From assembly GCA_041662665.1 (NCBI GenBank), contig JBAZSC010000001.1:65511-129510 (forward strand): a DNA stretch of 64,000 nt, written 5' to 3'. The position numbers and the translations under genes are program-made. The DNA is from Patescibacteria group bacterium (GTDB lineage Bacteria > Patescibacteriota > JABMPQ01 > JAQVVF01). The notes below the pieces were generated by a model. That model saw nothing but the letters and a program-made list of their open reading frames with translations, was not told the origin of the DNA and ran no database searches. Shown here piece by piece: positions 47,890-56,728 of the stretch (positions within the stretch are counted from its first letter, which is position 1; every line of letters starts with the position of its first letter).

Positions 47890-49265
47890 AAAAAATAATA
47901 TTTTTAATATCATTATTTGTTATATTTTTTCCAGTTGTTATTTTTGCAAAAGAAGCTGGAGATACTTGTACTAAGGCAGACCAATCCGCAGATGGTTGTC
48001 CTTATAATAAGAGTAAGTACAGTGAAGGACTCGAATGCAATATTGCCAGTGATTATCAAGGCAAGCCCATTAATAAATGCGTAAATCTAAAAAAAGAAAG
48101 TATTCCTGTTGGCGGTTATTGTCTAAAAGATGAACAATGTGAAAAAGAATATTCAGCCTATTCTTATATGTGCAACAAGGCAACCTGGACATGTATCCAA
48201 AAAGCGACTCAAAAAGTTGGGCAACCTTGTTCTGAAGATGGAAATTGTTTTAATTCTTATTGCGATAAAACAGGAAATTTTGGCACCTGTAAAAATGTAG
48301 AAAAAGGTACTTGCTTAAGTGATGAAGATTGTTGGTCACAACAATTAGGTACAGGTTACCATAGCACTAAACCATCTTGCGATACAAAAATCAGAAAGTG
48401 TTATTATCCTAGTTCAAAAAATTATACTGAAGCTTGTATTAGTTCAGGTGAATGTTTAAAAGGTTATGAATGTTTTGTTTTACCTGAAAAAACAGAAGGT
48501 CAGTGTCTCTATCCGAAAAATTCAAGAAAAGCAGAAAACAAACAGAATTGTACTATTACAAGCGAATGTGAAACTGGAGCATATTGCCATGATAATTATT
48601 GCGATTGGCAAGCGGCAAATACTAGTACATGTACACAAGATATTCAATGTTCTAATGGATACTGTGCCGATGCTAATGGAGTAGCAGTTACTGGTGGTGC
48701 TTCTGGCACTTGTGTTACTGGCGTAGCTGAAGGAGGCGCCTGCAGTACAGACCCTAGTTCTACTAAAAAATGTTCATCTGGGTTCATTTGTACCGGAGTG
48801 AATGAACAAACAAAAGAAGGAAAATGTGCGAAAAGTACTGTTGAAACTACAGAATCGCTTGATCAAATAGCAGCACAAGAAAAAGCAAAAAGCAATCTCT
48901 CCTCTCAGATAAACTTGTATTGTGATGTAGAAGCCACACCAGGCATGTTTACAAAAGGTGTCTCCAATACTTGTTTTAATTGTGGCAATTGCGGTTCTCG
49001 CGATATTATGGTAATAGTTACAAATGTTATCAATGGTACATTGCAAATTACAGGATTATTTGCTGCTTTTGCAAGCATTGTTTCTGGTTTTATGTACATT
49101 ATTTCGCGTGGTAATGACGAACAAGTTGGTAAAGCTAAAGGAGCATTAACTGCTTCAATTACTGGCTTAATCATAGTTTTTACTGGTTATATCTTAATTA
49201 ATACAGTCATGACAGTTCTTGGTTATAATTGTGGGCAATGGTTTAATCCGACATTCACATGCTAA
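47886..49265 (+). CDS. secreted Cys-rich protein with C-terminal VirB2/TrbC-like two-helix pilin-type module (paralog 1 of 6)
   Basis: Signal peptide; ~10 disulfide-rich modules (C..C...YC); C-terminus LFAAFASIVSGFMYIISRGNDEQVGKAKGALTASITGLIIVFTGYILINTVM aligns with the other five paralogs; start overlaps the SBP stop (ATGA). Confidence 0.6.
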   Translation: MKKIIFLISLFVIFFPVVIFAKEAGDTCTKADQSADGCPYNKSKYSEGLECNIASDYQGKPINKCVNLKKESIPVGGYCLKDEQCEKEYSAYSYMCNKATWTCIQKATQKVGQPCSEDGNCFNSYCDKTGNFGTCKNVEKGTCLSDEDCWSQQLGTGYHSTKPSCDTKIRKCYYPSSKNYTEACISSGECLKGYECFVLPEKTEGQCLYPKNSRKAENKQNCTITSECETGAYCHDNYCDWQAANTSTCTQDIQCSNGYCADANGVAVTGGASGTCVTGVAEGGACSTDPSSTKKCSSGFICTGVNEQTKEGKCAKSTVETTESLDQIAAQEKAKSNLSSQINLYCDVEATPGMFTKGVSNTCFNCGNCGSRDIMVIVTNVINGTLQITGLFAAFASIVSGFMYIISRGNDEQVGKAKGALTASITGLIIVFTGYILINTVMTVLGYNCGQWFNPTFTC

Positions 49266-49395
49266 AATTTTCAATTCTCAATGATCAATTTACAATAAAT
49301 TTTCATTTTACAATTTTCAATTAGGCTAAATGAAAATTGATCATTGGAAATTGATTGAAAATTGAAAATTGGTAATTGAAAATTAAAAAAATAAA
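49266..49395. repeat. palindromic AT-rich spacer repeat (TTTTCAAT/ATTGAAAA family), copy 1
   Basis: aaaattttcaattctcaatgatcaatttacaat...attgaaaattgaaaattggtaattgaaaattaaaaaaataaaATG; sister copy at 50344..50483. Confidence 0.45.
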
Positions 49396-50343
49396 ATGTC
49401 CAAAAATATATTAAAACTCTCAGGTCTATTTTGTGCAATTTTTATTGCTTTTTTTATTCTGTTTTCATATACGAATGTCTTTGCTGTTAGCGATTATAAA
49501 TTTTCTTGTTATTGTTATGATTCAAATCCAACGCCAGGCAATGCCAATCAAAGGCTGTACAGAGATCTTTCATCATCCAATCCTGATCCGACAGTATTTT
49601 GCACAAATTATTGCAAAACAAGAAAAATGGATATAATGGGCTATCAGGAAACAGGAAAAGATGTAGTAATTTTGCAGGATAAATTTAAATCATTATTCCA
49701 ACAACAAGTACAACAACAAACTACTCCAACACCTTCTCCAACTCCACAAACACAAACAGATAATCAAGAAAAATGCTATTGTTCTGATGGAAATTTCTAT
49801 GATATTGAGGGAGGAGATGCAGAATGTACATCTTATTGTATGGATTTAGGATTAGAAAAAGCTAGTCCAGAAGAAGTTCCGGCAGAACAACCTGGTACAA
49901 CTCCAACTGGCACCCAACCAACAGGCACAACACAAGCAACAACAGGTTGCGTTTGCAAAAACAAAGATAACGATAGCAGTATTACTGATTCTACGGCTTG
50001 CACAGATTTTTGTAACAGTAATAATAGAGGCGGAGTTGCATCTTTTACGCCTCCACAAAACAATCAACAAGCAACAAGCGAAACAAGTATAAAAAATCCT
50101 TTAACAGGCATTGAAACGCCAGCTGATCTTATCAAAAAAATAATTAATTATGTTTTAGGTTTTGTCGGTGCAATTGCTGTTTTAATTATTATTTATTCTG
50201 GTTTTGTCTACATGACATCTCGTGGTAATGAAAAGCAAATAGAATCAGCCAAAAATTCTTTGACTTACGCCATTATTGGTTTAGTCGTAATTTTTGCATC
50301 TGTTATTATTGTGAATGCAGTAATATCGGCAATCGGAGGTTAA
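49396..50343 (+). CDS. secreted protein with Cys-containing and Thr/Pro/Gln-rich linkers plus C-terminal pilin-type two-helix module (paralog 2)
   Basis: Signal peptide; low-complexity QQQVQQQTTPTPSPTPQTQ; C-terminus IINYVLGFVGAIAVLIIIYSGFVYMTSRGNEKQIESAKNSLTYAIIGLVVIFASVIIVNAV. Confidence 0.6.
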   Translation: MSKNILKLSGLFCAIFIAFFILFSYTNVFAVSDYKFSCYCYDSNPTPGNANQRLYRDLSSSNPDPTVFCTNYCKTRKMDIMGYQETGKDVVILQDKFKSLFQQQVQQQTTPTPSPTPQTQTDNQEKCYCSDGNFYDIEGGDAECTSYCMDLGLEKASPEEVPAEQPGTTPTGTQPTGTTQATTGCVCKNKDNDSSITDSTACTDFCNSNNRGGVASFTPPQNNQQATSETSIKNPLTGIETPADLIKKIINYVLGFVGAIAVLIIIYSGFVYMTSRGNEKQIESAKNSLTYAIIGLVVIFASVIIVNAVISAIGG

Positions 50344-50483
50344 AATAATAATTTTCAATAACCAATTTACAATTTTCAATAAATTTTCAATGAACAAATT
50401 ATCAAACATCGCCGACGCCATTGAAAATTGTTGTATTGTAAATTTACTGAAAATTGGAAATTGTAAATTTTAATAAAAATAAA
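50344..50483. repeat. palindromic AT-rich spacer repeat (TTTTCAAT/ATTGAAAA family), copy 2
   Basis: aattttcaataaccaatttacaattttcaataaattttcaatg ... attgaaaattgttgtattgtaaatt ... aataaaaataaaATG. Confidence 0.45.
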
Positions 50484-50900
50484 ATGAAAAAAATCTCACT
50501 TATTATTTCGGCCTTGGCCAGTCTAATAACAATTCATTCAGTCTCCGCAGCAACCTGGGGTCTTGAAATATTAGAAGGCACAGGCTTGCCGAATGAAGCA
50601 CCTGGCGCATTTATTGCCAGAATAGTTAGCTATGTTTTAGGATTTATCGGTATTTTATTGATCGTTATGATTATTTATGGTGGATTATTATACATGACTT
50701 CTCGAGGTAATGAAAAACAAACTGAAACCGCCAAGAATGTCTTAACTTATGCAATAATTGGTGTTGTTATAATTTTTGCCGCATATATTATTGCTCGAGT
50801 TGTGATTTCAGCTTTGACTACTGGCGCAACTCAAACTCCATCAACACCATCAGGTCAACAAATTCAGGTCACGCCATCTCAAGTAAGTCCGGAACGATAA
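50484..50900 (+). CDS. short pilin-type protein (signal peptide plus two-helix module; paralog 3)
   Basis: MKKISLIISALASLITIHSVSA; IVSYVLGFIGILLIVMIIYGGLLYMTSRGNEKQTETAKNVLTYAIIGVVIIFAAYIIARVV. Confidence 0.6.
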   Translation: MKKISLIISALASLITIHSVSAATWGLEILEGTGLPNEAPGAFIARIVSYVLGFIGILLIVMIIYGGLLYMTSRGNEKQTETAKNVLTYAIIGVVIIFAAYIIARVVISALTTGATQTPSTPSGQQIQVTPSQVSPER

Positions 50901-50906
50901 CATCTA

Positions 50907-50967
50907 ATAACCAATAATCAAATTCCAATAATCAGTAAATAATCAATTATCAATAATTAAATAACCA
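50907..50967. repeat. left 61-bp inverted repeat flanking the four-helix-bundle gene
   Basis: aataaccaataatcaaattccaataatcagtaaataatcaattatcaataattaaataacc; the reverse complement of 51352..51413 is nearly identical. Confidence 0.7.
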
Positions 50968-50976
50968 CTAAATTCT

Positions 50977-51354
50977 ATGGAGGGAAGTGGAAAACATAAT
51001 TTTGATTTAGAAGAAAGAACATTGCTGTTTTCTAAAAGAGTAATAAAGTTGTGCAATGCGTTGCCGAAAAATTGTATAAATCTTCCGTTAATTAATCAAT
51101 TAATTCGTGCCGCTGCATCAGTAGGTGCAAATTATCGCGAAGCCAACGATGCACTGAGTAAAAAGGATAAGTTATTGAGAATGAGGATTACAAGAAAAGA
51201 AGCAAAGGAAAGTCATTATTTTATTGATTTAATTATTGAGAATAATCCAGATTTTAAAAATAGAACTTTGGATCTCTTGGATGAAGCAGATCAATTAAGA
51301 AAAATATTCTCTGCTATTATTGATGGTTTAGATAAAAATTCAAAGAAATATTGA
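50977..51354 (+). CDS. four-helix-bundle protein (23S rRNA intervening-sequence protein family)
   Basis: NQLIRAAASVGANYREANDALSKKDKLLRMRITRKEAKESHYFIDLI matches the conserved core of the four-helix-bundle / IVS protein family. Confidence 0.75.
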   Translation: MEGSGKHNFDLEERTLLFSKRVIKLCNALPKNCINLPLINQLIRAAASVGANYREANDALSKKDKLLRMRITRKEAKESHYFIDLIIENNPDFKNRTLDLLDEADQLRKIFSAIIDGLDKNSKKY

Positions 51355-51413
51355 TTATTTAATTATTGAGTATTGGTTATTTATTGATTATTGGAACTTG
51401 TTTATTGGTTATT
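51352..51413. repeat. right 61-bp inverted repeat flanking the four-helix-bundle gene
   Basis: tgattatttaattattgagtattggttatttattgattattggaacttgtttattggttatt. Confidence 0.7.
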
Positions 51414-51420
51414 TTATAGC

Positions 51421-52176
51421 ATGTTTAAAAAATTATTTATCATTTTAATATTAATTTTTCTTATTGGAACTTTGATTCCTCAATTTTCTTTTGCTCAATA
51501 TGGTTTAGAAGAGGGCCAAAAAATTCAAGGATTATCTCAAACTGCTCCAGAAATTTTCGTTGGTCAAATTATAAAAACTGTTTTATTGTTAATCGGCGTA
51601 ATTTTAATAGTCTTAATTATTTATGGTGGCTTGACTTATGCAACAGCAATGGGAAATGAGCAAAAAATTGAAACCGGCAAAAAAATTCTTGTTTACGCAG
51701 TTATTGGCACAGTTATCATTGCTCTCGCTTATGTAATCACAACTTTTGTAATGAGCGCTCTGTTTCCAATGCAAACAACGACTTCTACACAGGCAACTAA
51801 AAATCAAACTGAAACTGAAACTCAAGGACAAACCCAAAGCCAAACTCCAGGACAAACTGATGATAATCTTCATGGCCAAAATATTACTGTTAATCCATTA
51901 AATCAAGAAACATGCAAAAAAAATGGTGAGAAATGCCTTTTTTCTCCAAGTGCAAAAGTAGAAGGTCAAACATTAGAAATTCAAGGTACAGCTCCAGTTA
52001 ATATTTGTTGTGCAGGTTCAATATGCGATATCAATACTCAAAGCTGCATCCCAAAATGCGCTGGCAATGGTGAAAGTTTTGTTAAAGAGACATTAGTTAA
52101 ACGAGAATATATTGGCTGTTGTCAAGGTTTAAATAGAAACGAACAAACACAGACTTGCGAAAGGCCGAAGCTCTAA
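51421..52176 (+). CDS. pilin-type two-helix module followed by Thr/Gln-rich linker and Cys-rich C-terminal domain (paralog 4)
   Basis: Signal peptide MFKKLFIILILIFLIGTLIPQFSFA; IIKTVLLLIGVILIVLIIYGGLTYATAMGNEQKIETGKKILVYAVIGTVIIALAYVIT; C-terminal CKKNGEKC..CCAGSIC..CIPKC; the ORF-track start at 51391 lies inside the inverted repeat. Confidence 0.55.
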   Translation: MFKKLFIILILIFLIGTLIPQFSFAQYGLEEGQKIQGLSQTAPEIFVGQIIKTVLLLIGVILIVLIIYGGLTYATAMGNEQKIETGKKILVYAVIGTVIIALAYVITTFVMSALFPMQTTTSTQATKNQTETETQGQTQSQTPGQTDDNLHGQNITVNPLNQETCKKNGEKCLFSPSAKVEGQTLEIQGTAPVNICCAGSICDINTQSCIPKCAGNGESFVKETLVKREYIGCCQGLNRNEQTQTCERPKL

Positions 52177-52192
52177 CGCGGTAGAAAGTAGA

Positions 52193-52654
52193 ATGAAGCA
52201 AGTAGCAAGTCTTTCTACTTTCTGCATTCTACTTTCTACTTTCTACAAAAATATGACCATAAAAAAAATCATAAAAATCAGTCTAATTTGTTTAACGTTA
52301 TTTTTCTGTACAAATATAATCTTGCCCGTTCATGCCGCAGACACTGGAGTTCCAGAAATCAATCAGCAAATGGAACAGTTTGGCGAAAAAACTCCAGTTT
52401 CAACTGTCGAGCTACCTGTTTTTGTCGGCAGAATTATCAGATGGGTATTAGCAATTATTGGTGTAATCTTAATTGCAATAATAATTTATGGTGGTTTGAC
52501 TTATGCAACAGCAGCTGGAAGTGAAGAAAAAACAGGCACCGCCAAAAAGATTTTAGTTTATGCTATAATAGGAGTAATCATTATTGCATTAGCATATGTT
52601 CTATCTAGTTTTATTATTGATGCTTTATTTGAATCCAAGACAAGTATTAGATAG
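52193..52654 (+). CDS. short pilin-type protein (paralog 5)
   Basis: IIRWVLAIIGVILIAIIIYGGLTYATAAGSEEKTGTAKKILVYAIIGVIIIALAYVLSSFI; alternative start at 52253. Confidence 0.55.
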   Translation: MKQVASLSTFCILLSTFYKNMTIKKIIKISLICLTLFFCTNIILPVHAADTGVPEINQQMEQFGEKTPVSTVELPVFVGRIIRWVLAIIGVILIAIIIYGGLTYATAAGSEEKTGTAKKILVYAIIGVIIIALAYVLSSFIIDALFESKTSIR

Positions 52655-52702
52655 AGTAATTTTTCATTTATAATTTTTAATTTGTAATTACTTTGAAAGG
52701 GG

Positions 52703-53095
52703 GTGAGAGAATTGACAAAATTTTTTGCAGTATTAGGACTTTGCGCTATTTTATGTTTATGTGTTACACCAGTAGTAATGGCTCAACGAGGAATTGATGA
52801 TTCAACAGGACCACAGAACGCTTTGGAAAACCTGCGCAATGAAACAGGTTATACAACAACAGATTTAATTTCTTTTGTTGGCAGAATCATTAAATGGGTG
52901 TTAGGAATCGTTGGCGTTATCATGATCGCTTTGTTTGTATATGGCGGTGTTACGTATGCAACATCAGCTGGTTCTGAAGAAAAAATTGAGAACGGCAAGA
53001 AAATTATGGTATACACTATTATTGGTGTTGTCATAATTGCCTTGGCTTACGTTCTAACAGACTTTGTTATTGCCGCTTTATTCCCAACAGTCTAA
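52703..53095 (+). CDS. short pilin-type protein (paralog 6)
   Basis: SD GGGGGTGAGAG; IIKWVLGIVGVIMIALFVYGGVTYATSAGSEEKIENGKKIMVYTIIGVVIIALAYVLTDFV. Confidence 0.55.
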   Translation: MRELTKFFAVLGLCAILCLCVTPVVMAQRGIDDSTGPQNALENLRNETGYTTTDLISFVGRIIKWVLGIVGVIMIALFVYGGVTYATSAGSEEKIENGKKIMVYTIIGVVIIALAYVLTDFVIAALFPTV

Positions 53096-53193
53096 CACAA
53101 TAAAAATATATTTTTATTTGAACAGTTTGCCAAGCTATTGCCTAGGCAGACAAAACAGGGCGTTTTAATTAAGCGCCTTGTTTTATTTATGGT

Positions 53194-53300
53194 AAAATAT
53201 AATACGAATCTACAAATGTATGCAAATCAACAAATATACGAATTCGCGAATATTTGCATATTCGTAGATTAGCATAAATTCGTAGATTCGTATTACATTA
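53194..53300. repeat. palindromic MITE-like element (TACGAAT family), copy B; forms the promoter/5'UTR of 53304
   Basis: aatataatacgaatctacaaatgtatgcaaat ... tttgcatattcgtagattagcataaattcgtagattcgtattacatt; centre acgaattcgcgaat. Confidence 0.55.
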
Positions 53301-53303
53301 TAC

Positions 53304-54935
53304 ATGTTTAAAAAGCAATCCATCATCTTAAGTTTAGCAATAATAATCTATATAACTTTTTTCACAAGTCTATGCTTTTTAAAATACAATAATTTTTTGT
53401 ATCAAGGATTAGATTTGGCAATATTCAATCAAGTTTTTCATAATTTAGTCAACAACAATTCTTTTTATTCGGGCATTCAAAATCAAAGTTATTTGGGAGA
53501 TCATTTTTCGCCAATTATATTTCTTCTTTTGCCATTCTATTATTTTTTTCAAAATCCCAAAACATTATTATTCTTGCAAACAGTAATTCTAGGCTTATCA
53601 GCAATTCCAGTTTTTTTAATCGCCAAAGAAAAATTAAGAAATAAAAATTTAGCCTTAATTATTAGTCTTATCTTTCTTGCTAATCCAGCCTTGCATAGCG
53701 TTAATCTTTACGAATTTAGCCTTTTATCATTTGCAGTTCCATTATTACTAACAACATTTTATTTTTTTCAAAAAAAACAATTTTTGTGTTTTTGTGTTTT
53801 AGTGTTTCTGTGTTTTCTAATTAGAGAGGACATCGCTTTAATTATCTTCATGTTTGGAATCTACGCAATGCTAAAAAGATATCAACGAAAATGGATTTTA
53901 TTGCCAATTCTTTCATCCATTGTTTACTTCATTTTAAGCCTAAAAATCGTCAGCCATTTTAGCACCAATAATAATTACAAATTTTTATTTCATTACTCAT
54001 GGCTTGGCAATAATTTAACAGATTTAATTATTAATTTTTTCCTAAAATTTCCAGAAGTTATTTTACATTTTTTAAATATTTACAATTTAATCTTTATTTT
54101 TTATTTATTAATTCCAGTTTTTTTCTTGCCAATTTTTGGCCGAAAAACATTAATATTTTTTATCCCAATTGTATTGCAATTTGGTCTCGGAAATTCCGGC
54201 TTTCGCGGCATATTTTTTACGCATTATTTAGCTCTATTTATTCCATTCATTTTCGTTTCCGCAATCTATGGTTTTTCGCTAATGCTATCTCGAATGCGTC
54301 TAATGCCATCTCAAATAAATTCAACCAAGTTATTGCTTGGCAAAAAAGAATATATTTTAATTATTTTTTTACTATTTTTTATAACCATTGCTTCAAATAT
54401 TGGCTTTAGTCCATCATATAATTTAACAAAAAATTTATTAAAAATTAACAAGCAAGAAAGTCAAAATAAGCAAGATTTAGTCAAAGAAATTCCAGTCTGT
54501 CTTTGTTCTAAAAATTATATTTTAGCTACAAATGATTTCTTGCCAGCCTTATCAAACAATGAAAATTTATTTGCATCATTTTATTTAGTCAAAGGCAAAA
54601 AACAATATTCAAATCAAAAATATGATATTCCTAAACTAAATTACGCAATTATAAATTATCAGCAATTTTTTAGTAATTGCAAAAATCAAGAAAATTTAAT
54701 GCAAAATAAGAATATCTGCAATCAGGCAAAAAAAAGATTAAAAAAAGTAATTTCAAAAAACCATTTAAATCCAGAAAGAATAGTTGATAATAATGTTTTA
54801 TATAGTACAAATTATCAGCCTGATATTTTCAAACAATCTTTGCAAAAATTAGAACAAGATACTATCATTAAATCAAACAAGTTTAATTATAATGTTTTTC
54901 TAGATGAATCTTCACTGGAGAAAATTTCACTATGA
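53304..54935 (+). CDS. large polytopic membrane protein (DUF2079/GT-C-like putative glycosyltransferase)
   Basis: 543 aa with about 12 TM segments; N-terminal loop YQGLDLAIFNQVFHN. Confidence 0.45.
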   Translation: MFKKQSIILSLAIIIYITFFTSLCFLKYNNFLYQGLDLAIFNQVFHNLVNNNSFYSGIQNQSYLGDHFSPIIFLLLPFYYFFQNPKTLLFLQTVILGLSAIPVFLIAKEKLRNKNLALIISLIFLANPALHSVNLYEFSLLSFAVPLLLTTFYFFQKKQFLCFCVLVFLCFLIREDIALIIFMFGIYAMLKRYQRKWILLPILSSIVYFILSLKIVSHFSTNNNYKFLFHYSWLGNNLTDLIINFFLKFPEVILHFLNIYNLIFIFYLLIPVFFLPIFGRKTLIFFIPIVLQFGLGNSGFRGIFFTHYLALFIPFIFVSAIYGFSLMLSRMRLMPSQINSTKLLLGKKEYILIIFLLFFITIASNIGFSPSYNLTKNLLKINKQESQNKQDLVKEIPVCLCSKNYILATNDFLPALSNNENLFASFYLVKGKKQYSNQKYDIPKLNYAIINYQQFFSNCKNQENLMQNKNICNQAKKRLKKVISKNHLNPERIVDNNVLYSTNYQPDIFKQSLQKLEQDTIIKSNKFNYNVFLDESSLEKISL

Positions 54936-55017
54936 ATAATGAATCAAGAATTAAGAATCATGAACTAAATTCCGATTCATAATTCTTGGTTCATAATTCA
55001 TAATTCTTCTTTAAATT

Positions 55018-56595
55018 ATGTTTAGAAAAATTAGTAAAAAGGAATGGCTATTTGTTAGTATAATTGCTGTTATTACAATTATTTTAGTCATCTCTCCATA
55101 TCTCTATGGCTATTTAACTACGCCAAAAAATATGATTTTTACTGGCGTGACTTTCGATCAAGATTATTCCTATTTTTCGATGATGGAGCAAGCAAAAGAA
55201 GGCAAAATATTATTTAAAAATCTTTACACATCAGAAGATCATCAAGCAATTTTTTTTCGGCCATTATTTTTAGGTATGGGTCTATTTGCAAAATATGCGC
55301 ATCTTTCAAATTTCTTTGTTTTTCATTTATTCAAAATTTTGTTTATTTTATTTTTTATTTTTCTGGCTTACAAATTTATTTCCATCTTTTTTAATGAAAA
55401 AAGATATCGGATAATTAGTTTAATAATTCTTCTTTTTTCTTCAGGCTTCGGTTTCTTGGGCGACCGTTTATTCGGCTATTTATCAACTGATCTTTGGATT
55501 CCAGAATCGCAAACTTTTGCCTCATTTTTCACTCAGCCTCATTTTATTTTATCGCAAATTTTGATCTTACTCTGTTTTATTTTAATATTAAAAAAAGAGC
55601 TTTATTTTGCTCTTTTAGCAGGTTTATCAAATTTTATTTTAGGCCTTGAACATCCATTTGATTTGCCAGTCACACTTTTAGTTCCCTTAATTTATTTTAT
55701 AATTTTATATTTTTGGAAAAAAGAAAACAGAATTTTAAATTATTTAATTTATGGCTCAATTTCAATTCTGCCAATTATTTATCAATTTTGGACAATGAAA
55801 TTTGAGCCAATCGCCAAAGCTTGGAATGACCAAAATATTTTAAAATCACCAGAAATTTTAGCTTGGATCATTGGCTATGGAACAATTATAATTTTTGCAA
55901 TTATTGGTTTTACAAAATTTTTCAAAAACAAAAATACTAATTTATTATTTTTAAATATTTGGGCAATAGTTAATTTGTTATTATTATATTTACCTGTAAA
56001 TTTTCAAAGGAGAATGTCCGAAGGCTTGCATATTCCATTAACAATTTTGGCAACTTTTGGCATCATTATGGTCTATAATTTTTTTGACAAAAGAAGCATC
56101 AAGCATAAAATTCACACTCATATTCCAAAGGTTGCTTTTTTATGGATTATAGCTTTATCTTTGCCATTTACAAATATCAACCGCATTGCCAATTATTTTA
56201 ATAATTATGCCAAAGCAAAATCTCTTCCATATTATTTCAGCCAAGATTTTTATCAAGCTGTAAAATATTTTAATGATAATAAAATTTCGGATCAAACAAT
56301 TTTAGCCTCGCAAAAAAATGGTCCATTTATTTCAGGTTTGACTACAAATAGAGTTTATCTTGGCTTTGTCTTCCAGACTAAAGATTATTTTATTAAAAAA
56401 GATACAGTAAATTGGTTTTTCAAAAATAATGAAAAAATTAGCCAAAAACAAGAATTTTTACGAAAAAGAAATGTTCAATATATTTTGTATGGTCCAGAAG
56501 AAAAAAAACTTGGAACAATTAATTTAAACAAAAAAGACTTTCTTGAGAAAGTCTATGAAAATAATAGTTATCAAATTTATAAAACAAAATCCTAA
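55018..56595 (+). CDS. large polytopic membrane protein (putative GT-C-type glycosyltransferase)
   Basis: 525 aa with about 12 TM segments and a soluble C-terminal domain; ends ...YKTKS* with the stop inside the repeat at 56586. Confidence 0.45.
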   Translation: MFRKISKKEWLFVSIIAVITIILVISPYLYGYLTTPKNMIFTGVTFDQDYSYFSMMEQAKEGKILFKNLYTSEDHQAIFFRPLFLGMGLFAKYAHLSNFFVFHLFKILFILFFIFLAYKFISIFFNEKRYRIISLIILLFSSGFGFLGDRLFGYLSTDLWIPESQTFASFFTQPHFILSQILILLCFILILKKELYFALLAGLSNFILGLEHPFDLPVTLLVPLIYFIILYFWKKENRILNYLIYGSISILPIIYQFWTMKFEPIAKAWNDQNILKSPEILAWIIGYGTIIIFAIIGFTKFFKNKNTNLLFLNIWAIVNLLLLYLPVNFQRRMSEGLHIPLTILATFGIIMVYNFFDKRSIKHKIHTHIPKVAFLWIIALSLPFTNINRIANYFNNYAKAKSLPYYFSQDFYQAVKYFNDNKISDQTILASQKNGPFISGLTTNRVYLGFVFQTKDYFIKKDTVNWFFKNNEKISQKQEFLRKRNVQYILYGPEEKKLGTINLNKKDFLEKVYENNSYQIYKTKS

Positions 56596-56727
56596 ATCCT
56601 AAGCACAAAATCCTAAACAAATTCAAATGATCAAAATACTAATTTTCAAATTTGACGAAGAGTTTTGAAATTTAGTAATTTGAATTTTGAATTTATTTAG
56701 GATTTAGAATTTAGTGCTTAGAATTTT
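56586..56727. repeat. palindromic MITE-like element (TCCTAAA/TTTAGGA family), copy 2, between convergent membrane-protein genes
   Basis: aaaatcctaaatcctaagcacaaaatcctaaacaaattcaaatg ... tttaggatttagaatttagtgcttagaatttttc. Confidence 0.55.
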
Positions 56728-56728
56728 T

